Below are positions 1 through 13,774 of a stretch of 64,000 nucleotides of DNA, one piece after another. The notes under the pieces were generated by a model. The model saw only the letters and a list, made by a program, of their open reading frames with translations. It ran no database searches and had not been told where the DNA came from. Source of the DNA: Heptranchias perlo (Eukaryota). The translations under genes were made by a program, and so were the position numbers. The DNA is taken from the NCBI RefSeq assembly GCF_035084215.1, contig NC_090348.1, forward strand, positions 25,854,001 to 25,918,000, in the 5' to 3' direction. Each line of letters begins with the position of its first letter. Within the stretch, counting starts at the first letter, position 1.

Positions 1-861
1 ATTATTAACCCAAATGCCCCAATGTGTATGATGGTGCTTGCTTGAGGTCTGAGGGAATTGCTCCACATGCAAGGTCAATTCTTAATCTGAGGGCAATGGT
101 CTGCTTTATAGTTTAAAAAGCAGAGTATTTGTTTTATCAAGGTCATTTAAAAACAAATCACAATGGGGACCAAGAAGGTACAAGGATAATGATTAAAAAG
201 GACAGTGAATTGATAGCTCCCTTGTTTATAAGATTGCAAAGATTTACAATCATTCCATCTGGTTATGCAAACAGGATTTGGATGCAGTCTGTGCTCTTTT
301 GTTTTAGTGTATGTGTGCCACTTTGAATCTACTCACATGTTTCAGAATATTAAATCTTTCACATTGCATTGCAAATAACTTCATTATAATCTCCCGGACC
401 TTTAACTGAGTGTTTGTCGTAGGTAGTGGGGTTTTGTTTCCAAGAAATACACCTTCCATTTCATTAAATTTTAGCACTAGTGTATCTCCCATGGCACTGC
501 TCACAGTGAGTCAGAGGAGTTTTTCTCTTGTCAGTCTGTCAACTTTGTGTTGCTGCTTCTCTCTGACTTTTTCTCTTTCTATCTCCTCTGCAACTTTCCA
601 GTGTCTCAACTTCTGCTTCTCGCTCTAGCCTTGCGCTACTATTAAAACACACTTATGTTGCAATCCTCCAGAAGCTAGATGCCGTTGTTATTTCTACATG
701 ATTTTGATTGGATGGAAGATGTTTTAAAAGTAAAAGTGCCAGGTGTAGTAGAGCTGTTAACGCAACTGGAAGGTAGGGACACATTGGTAACTGCAAACAT
801 GTGCTGCAAATCAAGCCGAGAAAGATGGAAGGGAATAGTTTGAATCCACTCTGTCTTCATT

Positions 862-1287
862 GCAGTATGGCATTAGTCCTCTCGCCTCTGAGTCAGAAGG
901 TTGTGGGATCAAGCCCCACTCGAGACTTGAGCACATAATCTAAGCTGACACTTCAGTGCAGTACTGAAGAAGTGCTACACTGTTGGAGGTTCCCTCTTTT
1001 GGATGAGACATTAAACCGAGGCCCCTTCTGCCCTCTCAGGTTGATATAAAGGTCTCATGGTACTATTCGAAGGAGAACAGTGTCCTGGCCAACATTTATC
1101 CCTCAACCAACACCATTAAAACAGATTATCTGATCATTTGTCGCATTGCTGTTTGTGGGATCTTGCTGTGCACATACTGGATACTGCATTTGCCCCCATC
1201 ACAACAGTGGCTGCACTTCAAAGGTTGGCTGTGAAACATTTTGGGATGTCCTAAAGACATGAAAGGAACTATATAAATGCAAGTTCT
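862..1287 (+). mobile_element. Deu-domain SINE (SacSINE1/AmnSINE1-like), near full length
   Basis: tRNA-like head (GCCTCTGAGTCAGAAGGTTGTGGG..CAAGCCCC), Deu-like core (GCTGTTTGTGGGATCTTGCTGTGC) and L2-type tail (TATATAAATGCAAG). Related copies at 18045, 18270, 21605 and 46035. Confidence 0.75.
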
Positions 1288-2103
1288 CTCTCTTTTCCTA
1301 GTCCAGATTCTAACATTTTACCAGGGTAAAACATTCAAAAGCATTATTTACAGTACTTACTTTCTTTAGGGGAAGAGAGGGATAGAGATGGACAAGAGTA
1401 GATTTTTGAGCTTGTACTACAGTTTGTAGAAATAACAAATTATGTTTATAAATATACCTGCTCTTAAACTGAAGGCTGAAAGAGCAGAGCATTCTTCAGT
1501 TGACCTTGGAGAATATGATAAACAAGGCTTCAGTTTAATATGTGGGTGTAATGGAGATAATTTTTTTTCTGTTATTGCCTTGTATTGGTAAATTGTTTAC
1601 TCTTAATTCCTTTGCTGTAAAATTAAAGTAAGTGCACGTGTACAATGACAGTATATATACTCAATATAGAATATTCCAGGCATTCACTGTAGAATCAATT
1701 TAGAATATTCCAGGTGCTCACTATAGATTATTTAACAGTAAGACTCCAGCAATAATTTTCTCTTGGGTGAACATCATCACATGTCAAGAACATAGAGGGC
1801 ATTGATGGTCAGCATCCACATAAACATCAGCTGCCAGCACAAAACTTGGCCAAAAGCAAAATGATTCCACCACACACAAAAAATTCAAAGAGTGCATATT
1901 ATAAATATCAAACCTAGGAGTACAGCACCAAATCTTAAAAATGATGGTTCTGAACCTGTGTCTGTTTATATCTTTCAACCCCTGATTGGATAGTCATTGT
2001 CTAATCATTGTCACATGCCAATGACTCGTCTTGTTATTTATTTAAATAAACATTTCCATTAATGAATAGTGCATGTAGTAACATGAAGTAAAGGTAAGCT
2101 TAC

Positions 2104-2205
2104 GTTTAATGCAGCTGGATTGAGGACTAGCTTGCACCCATACCAAATCATACAAGTTGTCGTGATAGCAAACGTTGAGATAAAGAGAAGCTGGAAGTGT
2201 GGCAT
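2104..2205 (-). CDS. MLC1: MLC1 coding exon 4 ([34 protein letters not shown])
   Basis: 102 nt, ttcttcag acceptor, gtaagc donor. Closely matches human MLC1 [34 protein letters not shown]. Confidence 0.95.
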
Positions 2206-2296
2206 CTGAAGAAAATAATTTTTTTTTAATTTTGCAATTTTACTCTTTAAACAATACAAAAGTATAATAAAGTGCATTTCGTAATGATGTACCTAC

Positions 2297-2350
2297 TGCA
2301 TTAACTCTTCTTTTAGCTATAGCAAAACTGACAACCGCTGCAGGAATACT
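2297..2350 (-). CDS. MLC1: MLC1 coding exon 3 (SIPAAVVSFAIAKRRVNA)
   Basis: 54 nt, ctcccag acceptor, gtaggt donor, phase 0/0. Resembles human CIPSAIVSFTVSRRNANV. Confidence 0.92.
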
Positions 2351-3212
2351 CTGGGAGAAAAAAATCAATTAAAAACAAAAATTTCAAGAATAAAGTAACA
2401 AGCACTTGAACTATTAACATCATATTTACATTAAATGCCTATTGTACAAAAAAAGCTTAAAAAGAACAATTATTTTATGCAATGTTTCATTGAGATGTTC
2501 ATCTATTTGCATATTTCTGATAAAACATGCTCTTTATTTAGAAAAATAAATAGATAAGGTGAAAATCTCTTCTCTCACGCTCTCCTCTCACAGCCACCTG
2601 AAAGGGTTGACTTTAAATGAGTTTGGGACAGTCTTAACCCAGTTCCTGATAGTCATGATCTAAAAATTAAAAGAAATTGGCAATCTCACTCAGAGTGGTT
2701 TTAAGAATGGCTGGGGCAGAAAGTGCAAAAATTTCTAAGGGGTTGTTTATCATGAAGGTGGAGAGAAGGCATGTTGTGGAGCAGAAAAGATTAAACTTTA
2801 CGCTGAATTTAGCCCATGGTTTACTCATGGGCTAAATTATTGGCGCTGATACTGGATAAGAAATGTAGAAAAAGTGTTTAATTTCCCAGAACTAACATTC
2901 ATCACCTTGCTTAGCATAAAAATATTCTCAAACTAAAAAACAATATCTAACAAAGAATTTAGAATAGCGTTTTCAAATAGTGCATGCAATATTTAATTTC
3001 AACAAATAAGTTATTTCAAAAAAGCAGCTATGAATGAAATTTGGTCAAATAGGCCAAGTAGTAAAATTCAAACATACACAAAACCTATTTAAACAATTCT
3101 GTTTATAAAGTTAAACATTTTCATAACAATTGTATTCTCTGCTAAATCATATTTTCAACTACACTAGATTAAAATAAAAAGCTAATAACAATCACATTGA
3201 AAGGGTGCTTAC

Positions 3213-3302
3213 TGAACCTGCTGCGCATCGCAAGTAGTCCATTTCATCAGGAAATACATTTCCCAGATAAACTGAAAAGCCAGCAACTATCAGAAGGCAA
3301 CT
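3213..3302 (-). CDS. MLC1: MLC1 coding exon 2 ([30 protein letters not shown])
   Basis: 90 nt, ttacag acceptor, gtaagc donor. Near-identical to human [30 protein letters not shown]. Confidence 0.96.
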
Positions 3303-3802
3303 CTGTAACACAATTATTTTTCATAATACTGTAGTACCTCACTGTGACACTGATATCACATCACCTCTGATATACATTGATTATAGCTACTGTGCTAATA
3401 GAGAAACAATATAAAACATCCTGTAACAGGCTTCTTGCTGTAACACATTGCTCCCAAAATCTAAATGAAAAACATAGCACCTACAAGATTTATATTACAA
3501 AACATTTTTGCAGAACAAAATCTTATTACTGCATTAAAGCTTATTTCCCCCTTTAGGAATTGTTAGATGCTTTACTATGACTATTATTGCCTAACCTATT
3601 ACTTCTTTCTGATACATCAAATAATAAAGCCTTCATACATGACTTATAAACTGCAATTCCACTTCCTATGTCAACTTTTCTTGGTAAAGTATATATAAAA
3701 TGTCAAATTCACAGATGAGCATTACTTTGAGATTTGAAAACAATAGTTTGCTCTTAGTATTGTTTCAATTTACAAAAACAAGAATACCATGGGTACATTT
3801 AC

Positions 3803-3982
3803 CCCAATCATCAGACTGTAGATCCATTCCCTGTGATGAAAACAAGGATGAAATTTTCTATCTAGCTGAAGTTCACTGGATTTAAAGTCCGTGGTGTAAC
3901 TTCCATTGTCCTGTTTTCCCCGTTCCAATGTAGACATTTTGTCATAGCTAAACTCTTCTTTGTAATTATCTTCCTTGGTCAT
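3803..3982 (-). CDS. MLC1: MLC1 first coding exon (MTKEDNYKEEFSYDKMSTLERGKQD...WIYSLMIG)
   Basis: 180 nt from ATG to gtaaat donor. Resembles human [24 protein letters not shown]...WVFSVLMG. An upstream AG acceptor at 3988-3987, with pyrimidine tract and GACTAAC branch-like motif, implies a non-coding exon further 5'. Confidence 0.95.
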
Positions 3983-5889
3983 TTTCCTTTATGGTACAAC
4001 AGAAAGACGTTAGTCACAGGCATGTGATAGTTCATGACAAGAAAATAAATATTTGTTTCAAAGGAAAACTCACTAGTTTTGATGAGCAAAAATGCAAGTG
4101 ACAGCAGACTCGTTGTTGTGCAGCAGCTCGCTGTACTCATGCAAAAAGCTCTAGAAGATTTTACAGTGCAGTGAGCTTCCTTTGAAAAGTTTGCTCATCA
4201 ACTTTGGCTTTGGGCATAATCTATTCAAGTTGCGAACAAAGCCGCAGCTAAGAAACAGTGAATTAAAGCCAGGAGAGTGGAGTGCATCCTGAATTTAAAT
4301 GAGCAGAAAAGGCTAGAACAGGACCTCTACTAAATGTATTCCACCCAACGGTTTACTTTTTCTAAACTTGTGAATACACAAATTTAATGTAGAAGGAAAC
4401 CATAGGACAGAAGAAAGACAAGTCTGTTTAGCCATGTTGAATTATATGTTTTCGCAGTTTAAGTGTGGCTATACTGCCTGAGAAACATGATTATAGTTGT
4501 TTTGCTCTGTGTGTTTTGGCTACAAAATGGTCACACATGCAAGGCACATCTTTGTTGAACACTATGGTGATTAATGCCCATATAGAGAAAGACAAAAGCA
4601 TGGATTACTTTGGAATTTTTTAACCATTTAGCAAATGCTATTTGAAAATGTTCTCTTGAATGTTGTTCTGATAGAAAAGCACTTTCTATGTATTTTTCAC
4701 CAGCAGACCTAAGAAATCTCTTCACTTAAATAAATAGGTCTTCCATTGAAACAGTTAGTGCTTTGAGAATATCATCTTAAATACTGGAAATACCAATGAT
4801 GTGCTTCTTTTCTAAGCACTACTTGGAAACATGGTCCAAATTACAGGAAGACTTGAAATAAATTATATACATTTTGAAGCACCAAAGATACGGACTACAT
4901 TATCTGGATAAGTATGTGGTTGAGAATTGGACTGGAGGTTTTAGGGACACGTATTGACTGAGATAATCAAATACACCATGGGATATAATGATTCCTGTGC
5001 TACTGGCACTTATATTAGTGATACTCATGATGCTGCTGGGGGGCGGTCATCTGTGGAGGGTATTTGATCAAGTTTGAATAATGGGGCTGCATTGATGGAT
5101 AGTACAGTGTTTTGCTTGATTGCCATTAGGAATCAAGGAATGTGTTTTTAGAACTTTCTCCAAACTGATTAAATTGGTGGGGTAAAGAGTTCAAGACATG
5201 AAGATTGTAGATGGTTAACAACAATACTGTGGGTTGTGTATGAGTTCATTTAGCTTTCAGTAGCAGAAAAAATGTTATAAAATGGCTGACAGGAATAATT
5301 CTTGTAATATTGCACTCTGAATCTTTCAATAAAGTAGAAGAATCATACAAAATATTATCTAGATTTCATGGAAAGAACATTGTTTTACTTTTCACATACA
5401 CAAGTGCACATTCAGGAATAAGCACATTAACATGGGTCCTTGCTGTGTGTGTTCCCACAATTATTATTTTGCCCTTCTGTGTATTTCTAACAAATAGCAA
5501 GACAAATGGTTTGGTCAAAATTGCAGCCATTGCCACAACATGTGCACAAGATGAAAGAGGATGCAATTCAGGTTTCAGGCCATCTTAAAGTTTTTAACTT
5601 ATTGAAACAAACTTACCCATGCTATATATTATATATTTTGGCAATTTATTGGTAGCTGTAAATAAATAGCAAGGGAGACACATTAGAAAAAGCAGTAAAA
5701 AATCTATTTTATTTGTTTAAGCCATTCTGTATCCAATTAGTTATCAATTTATGGCAAATATAATACTCATGCAACTCACACTTCCCCATCTGAAGGAGCA
5801 GATGCATATTTGTTCCCAGGCTGCTTCAAATATTGTTCTTAAGTTAACTGCCAGAAAGTACATAATAACTTCATGTTATATTAGCCACG

Positions 5890-6500
5890 AAGGAAGAGAC
5901 TGGGAAGGGTGACCGAAAGTTTGGTTAAAGCATTGTGTGTTAAAAAAGTTTTTAAAAGGTGGAGATAGAGAAGTAATGAGGCAGAGGGGCTTAGGGAAGG
6001 ATTCCCAGAGATCTGGGCTGAGGAGGCTGAAAGTGATGTCACCGATGGTGGGGCTAAGGAATGTGGGTCAGTGGACCAGAATTTGCAGGATGGGATACAA
6101 GCCATGGAGGGATTTGAAGATGAGGATGAGATTTAAAATTTAATGTGTTGGAGGACAAGAACCACTGTAGGTCAGTGAGGACAGTGAATGATTGGTGAGC
6201 AGGAATTAATGTGGGACAGGATACATGTATGATACGTACATGAGTTTGTTTCAGTTGGAATTTATGGAAGATGGGAGGCTCGAAGGGAGAGTATTGGAGT
6301 AATCTACACTGGAGGTGACAAAAGCAAGTAGAATGGTTTCAGCGGTAGAAGGGTTGAGGTAGGGGATGAGGCGGGTGATGTTGCAGAGATAAGAATAGGT
6401 ATTCCTGGTGGATGATAGGTTATGGAATTTAAAGCTCAGCTCAACTTTGAACAGGATGACAAGGTTACATGTAGTCCAATTCAGCCTCAGCGAGTGGCTA
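5890..6500 (-). mobile_element. L2-clade LINE 3' fragment
   Basis: Minus-strand translation RLIPYLNPSTAETILLAFVTSSVDYSN is typical of the L2 ORF2 C-terminus; degenerate. Confidence 0.7.
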
Positions 6501-6650
6501 GGAAAGCAAGATTGAGTCAATGGTAAGAAAAATAATAGCTCCTTTGGCACTATAACTCACGCAAGAACAGCCTTGGTGAACCACCCACAAATTTTTCATC
6601 CACCCCATGACAAATGTTCCTCCCAATTTTACAACTTCAAATTTAACATT

Positions 6651-9600
6651 TACATAGAATTACATAGAATGTACAGCACAGAAATAAGCCATTCGGCCCA
6701 ACAGGTCCATGCCAGTGTTTGTGCTTCACATGAGCAGCCTCCCTCCCTACTTCATCTAACCCTATCAGCACATCCTTCTATTCCTTTCTCCCTCATGTGT
6801 TTATCTAAGCATCCCCTTAAATGCATCTATATTAGTTGCCTCAACTACTCCTTGTGGTAGCGAGTTCCACATTCTAACCACTCTCTGGATAAAGAAGTTT
6901 CTCCTGAATTCCCTATTGGATTTATTACTGACTATTTTATATTTATGGCCCCGAGTTCTGCTCTCCCTCGCAACGTTTCCTGATGGGTATAGCCTCTCAA
7001 TTCTGGTATCATCCAAGTAAATCTTTTTTGCAACTTCTCCAGTGCCTCTTTTGTAATATGGAGACCAGAACTGACCACAGTACTCCAAGTGTGGTATAAC
7101 CAAAGTTCTAAAAAAAATTAACATAACTGCTCTGCTTTTCAATTCTATCCCTCTAGAAATGAACCCCAGTGCTCGGTTTGCTATTTTTATGGCCTTATTA
7201 ACCTGCGTCGCTACTTTTAGTGATTTGTGTATCTGTACCCCCAGATCCCTCTGCTCTTCTACCCCAATTAGACATTTATTATCCAAGCAGTATGTGACCC
7301 CCTTATTCATCCTACCAAAATGTAATATCTCACACTTGTCTATATTGAAATTCATTTACTAATTACACTCTGCAAGTTTATTAATGTCTTCCTGTATTTT
7401 GTCCTCGGTATTAACTATACCCCCAATTTGTTGTGGTCCGCAAATTTTGAAATTCTACTTCCAATTCCTGAGTCCAAATTGTTTATGTAAATGGTGAACA
7501 ACAGTGGTCCCAGCACTGATCCTTATGGAACACCACTTCTACCTTTTGCCAGTCTGAGTAACTACCTTTAACCCGTACTCTGTTTTCTGTTTTGTAGCCA
7601 GCTTGCTATCCATTCTGCTACTTGTCCCCTGACTCCACATGCTCTGACCTTGGTCATGAGTGTGCTATGCGGCACCTTACCAAAGGCCTTTTGAAAATCC
7701 AAATATATTACATCTACTCCATTACCCATGTCTACCCCTTCTGTTACTTCTTCAAAGAATTCAGTAAGGTTGGTCAAGCATGACTTTCCCTTTTGAAATC
7801 CATGCAGACTATTCTTCATTATATTTTCAGTTTCTAGATTTTTTTCTATTACACCTTTGAGTAAGGATTCCATTATCTTTCCTACCACCGACACTAAGCT
7901 AATTGGTCTATAGTTCCCTGGATTGGTTCTATCTCCTTTTTTAAATATAGGAATCACATTAGCTGTCCGCCAGTTCTCTGGCACTATTCCCTTTTCTAAT
8001 GAATTTTTATATATATATATGTAATAGTGCCTCTGCTATCTCCTCCCTAACTTCTTCAAATATGCCCGGATGCAATCCATCCGGACCAGGGGTTTTATCC
8101 TCTCTAAGTTTGATTAGTTTATCAATTATCTCCCCCCTTTCTATGTTAAATGTCTTTATATCTTTTTTGATCTCTTCTTCTCATGTTATGCCCACCATGT
8201 TAGTTTCCCTGGTAAATATTGAGGCAAAGTAATTATTTAATATTTCTGCCATTTCGCTGTCATTACCCGTGACTTTATCGTGTGTATTCCTTAGTGGTCC
8301 TATCCCTATCCTGATTTTTCTTTTTTTATCTATATATCTGTAGAATACTTTACTATTTCTTTATATATTCCTTAATAATTTAGTTTTGTATTTTCTCTTT
8401 GCCTTCCTAATTTTTTTTTTAAACTTCTTTCTTAACCTTTCGTATTCCCTTTTGTCATCCTCTCCTTTGTTGTCTATGTACATTGGTATGCCTTTTTCTT
8501 TAGTTTCAATTTTGCCCTTATTTCTTTATTCATCCGTGGTGTATTATTACTGGCAAGTTTGTTCTTGCTTTTTAGTGGAATATATTTCTCCTGGGCTCTA
8601 ATGATCACTGTTTTAAATGTTTTTCGCTGCTGTTCTATTTCTTTGTTCATCAGTAAATTTTTCCAGTTTATTTTCCCTAGTTCCATTCTCATCCCCTGAA
8701 AATCAGCTTTTTTCCAATTTATTACTTTGATCTTTGTCTTACTTATATCCTTCTCAATCTTTATCTTAAATATTATTATGATGTGGTCACTATTGCCTAG
8801 ATGTTCCCCTACGCTTACTTCTCTTATCTGTTCTGGTTCTTTTCCTATTATTAGATCCAGCAGTGCTTCCTTTCTTGTTGGGCTTTTTACATACTGGGTA
8901 AGAAAAGAGTCCTGCACACGTTGTAAAATCTTCATTCCCTGTACCCCTCTACCTACCTCTTCTTGACAGTTTATTTGTGGATAGTTAAAATCTCCCATGA
9001 TTATTATTCTATATCCTTTACTCATTTCAAATATTTGCTTACATATTTCTTCCTCCACCTCCTTTCCACTATTAGGTAGTTTGTAGTATACCCCTATTAG
9101 CATGATCAATCCCTTCTCATCTTTTATCTCAATCCATATGGATTCCGTTTCTATCCTTCTGTTAGTTATGACCCTTTTTTCTACTATATTATGAGTAATT
9201 AGTGCAGCTACTCCACACCACCAGCTCCCCCCACCCCCACCGCCGCCTTCTTCCTTCCCTATCCTTTCTGATTATGTTATAGCCTGCAGTATTTAGTTGC
9301 CAGCCCTGTTCCATTTATTCCTACTACATCTGGATCCTCACTGCAGATTATTGCCTCCAGTTCCCTGGTTTTAATTTGGATGCTGTGTGCATTGCTGTAC
9401 AGGCAGTTTAATTCATCGTTAATAATTGTTCCTTTTACTTTATTTTTAAACAGTCCTTTTGTACTTCTGTTTTATAACTGTATTTGTTCCTTGACCATTT
9501 ATGTTATCTTTATTCTTTACTCTGGTCTGACCTTTACACTCATCTCCTGTTTCTTTTATCTTTAAGCTTTTGTTATTGCTACCAGATCCTTCCCCCCATC

Positions 9601-10000
9601 TTGCTAGTTTAAAGCCTGTGCAGTGCCCTATTTATCCTTTCCGCTAGGACTCTGGTCCCATTCCCGTTCAGGTGGTGCCCGTCCCAACAGTATAGCTCCT
9701 TCCTGTCCCAGTATCCCATGAAATGGGACCCCTCCTACCTACACCAATCTTTCAGCCAGACCTTTCTGATCTGCCCATCCCAATGCCAATTAGCACATGG
9801 CTCAGGTAGTAAACCTGAGATTACCACCCGTAAGGTCCTGCTTTTTAATTTAGTTCCTAGCTTCTGATATTCCCTTAGCAAGACATCCTCCTTCTTCTTC
9901 CTTATGCTATTGGTGCTGACATGAGCCATGACAACTGAATCCTCCCCTTCCCATTTCAAGTACCTCTCCAGTTGCTCTGAGATATCCTTTATCCTTGCCT
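6651..10000 (-). mobile_element. CR1 LINE, long degenerate copy (partial ORF1 esterase + ORF2 endonuclease/RT)
   Basis: ORF fragments: SGNH-like ORF1 (VVMAHVSTNSI...VVISGLLP, 9735-10052), APE endonuclease (IIMGDFNYP, LGNSDH), RT (PGNYRPISLVSVVGK, YLDFQKAF) and C-terminus (PHLEYCGQFWSP). Short tandem 3' tail (ATTCTATGTA)n at ~6651. Frameshifts and stops present. Confidence 0.92.
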
Positions 10001-13000
10001 TTAACAATTGCCATATATTTTTGGTGCATTTAGTAAGTGGGTGTTCCAACACAGATGGGAGTCTAATTATGACAATTCAGAGATAAATGTCTCAACTACA
10101 CATATCGTAATGGAGAAATATATTAACAGGTAAATCTATCTACTTTACATTTTTTAATTTATAAATTCACATCATGAATTGGAAGAATGTGTGGTGGATT
10201 GATCATGGGTGAATAAGCAGTTGAGGATCAATAATACAAATACAAATTGTGGTTGTGCCAAACTGCAGTTACCATGTAAATGCAACATAATGTTGATTTG
10301 TTTTCAAAAAGATTTCTTTTTTAAAATTTGAAATAACAGTACACACATCATCAAACCAACACTACAGCACTTCTATGCATATGCACCAATATATTTTGTC
10401 TGTAAACTTTACTCCTTCAGCAGCCAAATCAGTATTCCTTCCAGGAATTTTCAGAGTACCCAGAATGGTATCAAAGGGTTTTGCTGCCAGGCTTTTAGTT
10501 AAATCTACAAGCAACACAACCATTAATGTTATCTCAAAAGTGACAAGGTTTTTTTTAAACTTGACTTTTAGTTTCCCCCTCTCCCCTCACATACTAATCT
10601 CTGTGCACATGGGTTGTTGGCCAAAGATTCAGGGGCAGTGCTTCAGTAATAACTCATCCGTAAAGTCACAATGGGATACACAGTTTCTACAGTTCAAATT
10701 TAAAATAAGCAGATGTCTTGTCATTTCCCATGAATAACTCTACAAGACATCCAATCTCCAACCATGCAGAATTTTGTGGAAAAGCATGTTACTCTCACCA
10801 TGAAATAATTCAACAGAAAGTTGTTCTGGCTATATTTTGCAAAGATCAGACATGTGGAAACTACACAAAGGTAATGAAAACAACCAGCAACTGATTGAAT
10901 TGTGGAACTGGAAGTTACAAAGACATAAATTGTATTTCATTCAATTTTGTGATGCAATACTAGCAACACTCTCTAAAAAGCATTTGAATCACTATAACTG
11001 AAATGTAAATCTGATATCCCAATAATATAAAATAAAAACAGAAAATGCTGGAAACATTTAGCAGGTCAGGCAGCATTGGTTTTAAGATTTTATGTTTGTT
11101 TACTTTTTTAGCATGGAAAATGTCATTTTATTTAATTTATTTACTGTATTTTTCATGTAAAACAAAAACGCTATGTTGTCAGATGACTAGTGCCATTTAA
11201 AGTTTCAGATCCATGGTCCGACATTATACTGTATGTTACTAACATACAAACACTTAATGTATTCATCTGAAATTCCTCTCTCTACCATTTTAGCAAAGGT
11301 GATAACCCACGCCTCCACTAAAATAGTGACGATGACCGCATACTTCACAGAACAGGACTTGTGCTGCAGGAATCATGAATGAGTTACGTGAGGAATACAA
11401 CTAGTCAGGTTTGAATAGCAAAGTTGAATTTATATCCTGCATTTTTCCCCCCAATCAATAACTTCAGGTTCAAGGAGAAATTTCATGGAACTTAATTTTC
11501 TTAAAGGTTATATCTGTGGTTGGTAACCTCCCTTAGGAGATTAAGTGGGATCTTTACCACCCACACAAAACCTTTGGACAGAAAGGACTAAAACGACCTT
11601 TACTTTCATACATAACATTGGTTCCTAGCACTTCAATTGCTTTCAGTATATAGGGGGTGTAGCACAAAGAAGAGGCTCTTGGAGTCAAAGCTCAGTGACA
11701 AAACATCACATTTATGTTCTACAGTCTGAATAAGTCCAGTCACCTCATCATGAATTCAGGTTTTTTTTAAAAAACTTAAATTGAAACAAAAAGTGTTAGC
11801 ATATGGCCATTGTGGGGTGTTATTCCAGAGTATTACCTTAATGAAAGCATTGATTATAAATGCAACTTTTTTAACAGTTTACTTTGCAAACTGGCTATCA
11901 AAGATTTTTTTTACTCCCTCTACTATAGTAACAGGCCTCTTCTCTAACCACAGTAGCTTTGTACAATAGTACACTGTTCATTTGCCTCACATAGTTGCTT
12001 GACAGCTGGGGATTTAGAACTTGCTGTGAAATAAAAACCTGTTTGAACTGGATTATTCAAAAGCAATCATGCTCTTTATTGTCCCACCAAAAATAGAGTA
12101 ATTACCCTGGGTTCTCCTGTGGTAAATAAAGAACAGGAAAGAAAAGAACCACAGATACACTGTAGAAGAAAAAGGATGCAGAAAACCAGTGCAGAAGGAT
12201 GCTGCTTTGCTAAGTAAAAAACATCTGCTGCGTGTTCCATAAATATTTATCCAGTTGCTTTACATTGCAAAACACCACTTACATACTGTCAAACAACAAA
12301 AGACCTATAAAGTAAAAATGTTAAAAGTTTTCCACCTGACTCCCATTTCAGAGTCTTACAATGGTAGTTATAAACACTTTAACTGACAATTCTGAAGGTG
12401 ACAAGACCACCTATATTAGAAGTCTTTTAAAGAAAAGGGAAGTTGCTTTTTTTGTTTTTCAAAAGGGCAATAGTTCCTTCTAATAAGATGGGAGGAACAT
12501 TAGATCTTTATTTTTTTAAAACTCTGCATTCCATTCTCCAGCTGACACAACAACCTATCTAATCCCTCCATCTTCCCTGATACCTCCTGGCCTTCTCCCA
12601 ATGTTTGCCACTTCTTCTACAATACTCCCTCAAAAGAGAAACAGAGAACTTACCATTATGGGTCATAAAGCTACTCAGGAAAAAAATCTAGTTAAGATTA
12701 AATGAACAAGCATAGACACAGATAATCAAATATTATTCACACAAAGAGGACTGAACGTTTGGAATAGACTTCCAGGTACAGTGGTGGAGACAAAAAGCTT
12801 GCAGTAGTAGATCTACCCCTCCACTAGGGTGAACTAAATGGCTTTTCTCATCCATATCTATCTTGTTCCCACATACCATTTCAAAACCAGCCACCCAATT
12901 TCAATATTCATGAGCCAGACAAGGACAAATGAGATAAAAAACCGTCTTCCCTTTCCCTCCAAAAAACACATGAATTAGGGCTTTACTTTACTAGTTGAAT

Positions 13001-13169
13001 TCAAAGTCTTATTCAAATTTGACATACAACTACCGGCCATCCTAACTACACTTGGTTTGTGTTTCTAGAGCATGAGCAACTGAGAGAGAACCTTTTTTTA
13101 AAATAAAAAACGCGACTTCAGACAGAAAAGCAGAACAAATACTGAGGCAGAAACTCCTTAATGTCACCT

Positions 13170-13314
13170 AACTTGCACTGTGCACGTGGTCGCACCGCAC
13201 TCAGGGAGCGGCTGCGCTCCGGCCCACGTTCCGCCGCCACTGTGATGTCAGAGGCGGCCGTCGCGTGAGCAGAACTCCCCAGACCCCAGGGGGACGTGCA
13301 CGAGGCAGGTGAGT
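13170..13314 (+). promoter_or_regulatory. MOV10L1: Putative MOV10L1 promoter / non-coding exon 1 (small CpG island)
   Basis: The most conspicuous CpG-dense patch between the two genes. E-box CACGTG at 13183-13188 and a consensus donor CAG|GTGAGT at 13308/13309. The first coding exon is preceded by an acceptor at 19655-19656. Confidence 0.65.
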
Positions 13315-13639
13315 TCCAGCAAAGAAAGGAGGTAATGCCCCCACCCCGTAAAGGGATTGGTGCTTGAGTGCAACCTTCAGGCAGTCTTTGCAGATTATAC
13401 CTGCCCGTGTTAAGGGTACACGGTTCGCGCTAGTAGTTTGAAAAGGTATCGTTTTGGTGGATGTATTTGAGTTGATGAATGTGTTTATTACTAAGTTCAG
13501 TTGGTCTTAATTCTCGTGCGTTTATTTAGTGGAGAAATTTGGTAAATATATTATTATTTTGCTCCCCCCCCCCAAAAACCTGATATTGCTATCGTAGTAG
13601 TGATGCGATATTCAGAGCAGATTAACAGGATTCCATGTA

Positions 13640-13750
13640 GATTAGTGACTAGGCTACATTTGGAATACTGCAATTTTGGGCACTCTGTGTTTAGAATGAC
13701 ATTAATGCATTGATAGGATTTGGAGAAAAGTGACCAGGATGATTTCAGGA
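13640..13750 (+). mobile_element. Old CR1 ORF2 fragment
   Basis: Degenerate match to the CR1 RPHLEYCxQFWAP-coding segment. Confidence 0.5.
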
Positions 13751-13774
13751 TTTAACTTTTAAAGTTGGAAGTTC

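Noticed and set aside
1361-1475. Possible next MLC1 exon (minus strand, AG...GTAAGT)
   Set aside because: There is a stop in the required phase, and no similarity to the expected INFNLILLLLLELLMA segment. The true exon probably lies left of the window.
1660-1735. Short imperfect tandem duplication (TAGAATATTCCAGG x2)
   Set aside because: Only two degenerate units; not a CRISPR array or a meaningful satellite.
11030-11078. Fragment AAAACAGAAAATGCTGGAAA...GCAGGTCAGGCAGCAT (also ~22235-22350), possibly from another Penelope-like family
   Set aside because: Too short or degenerate to classify, and no intact hammerhead core can be read on either strand.
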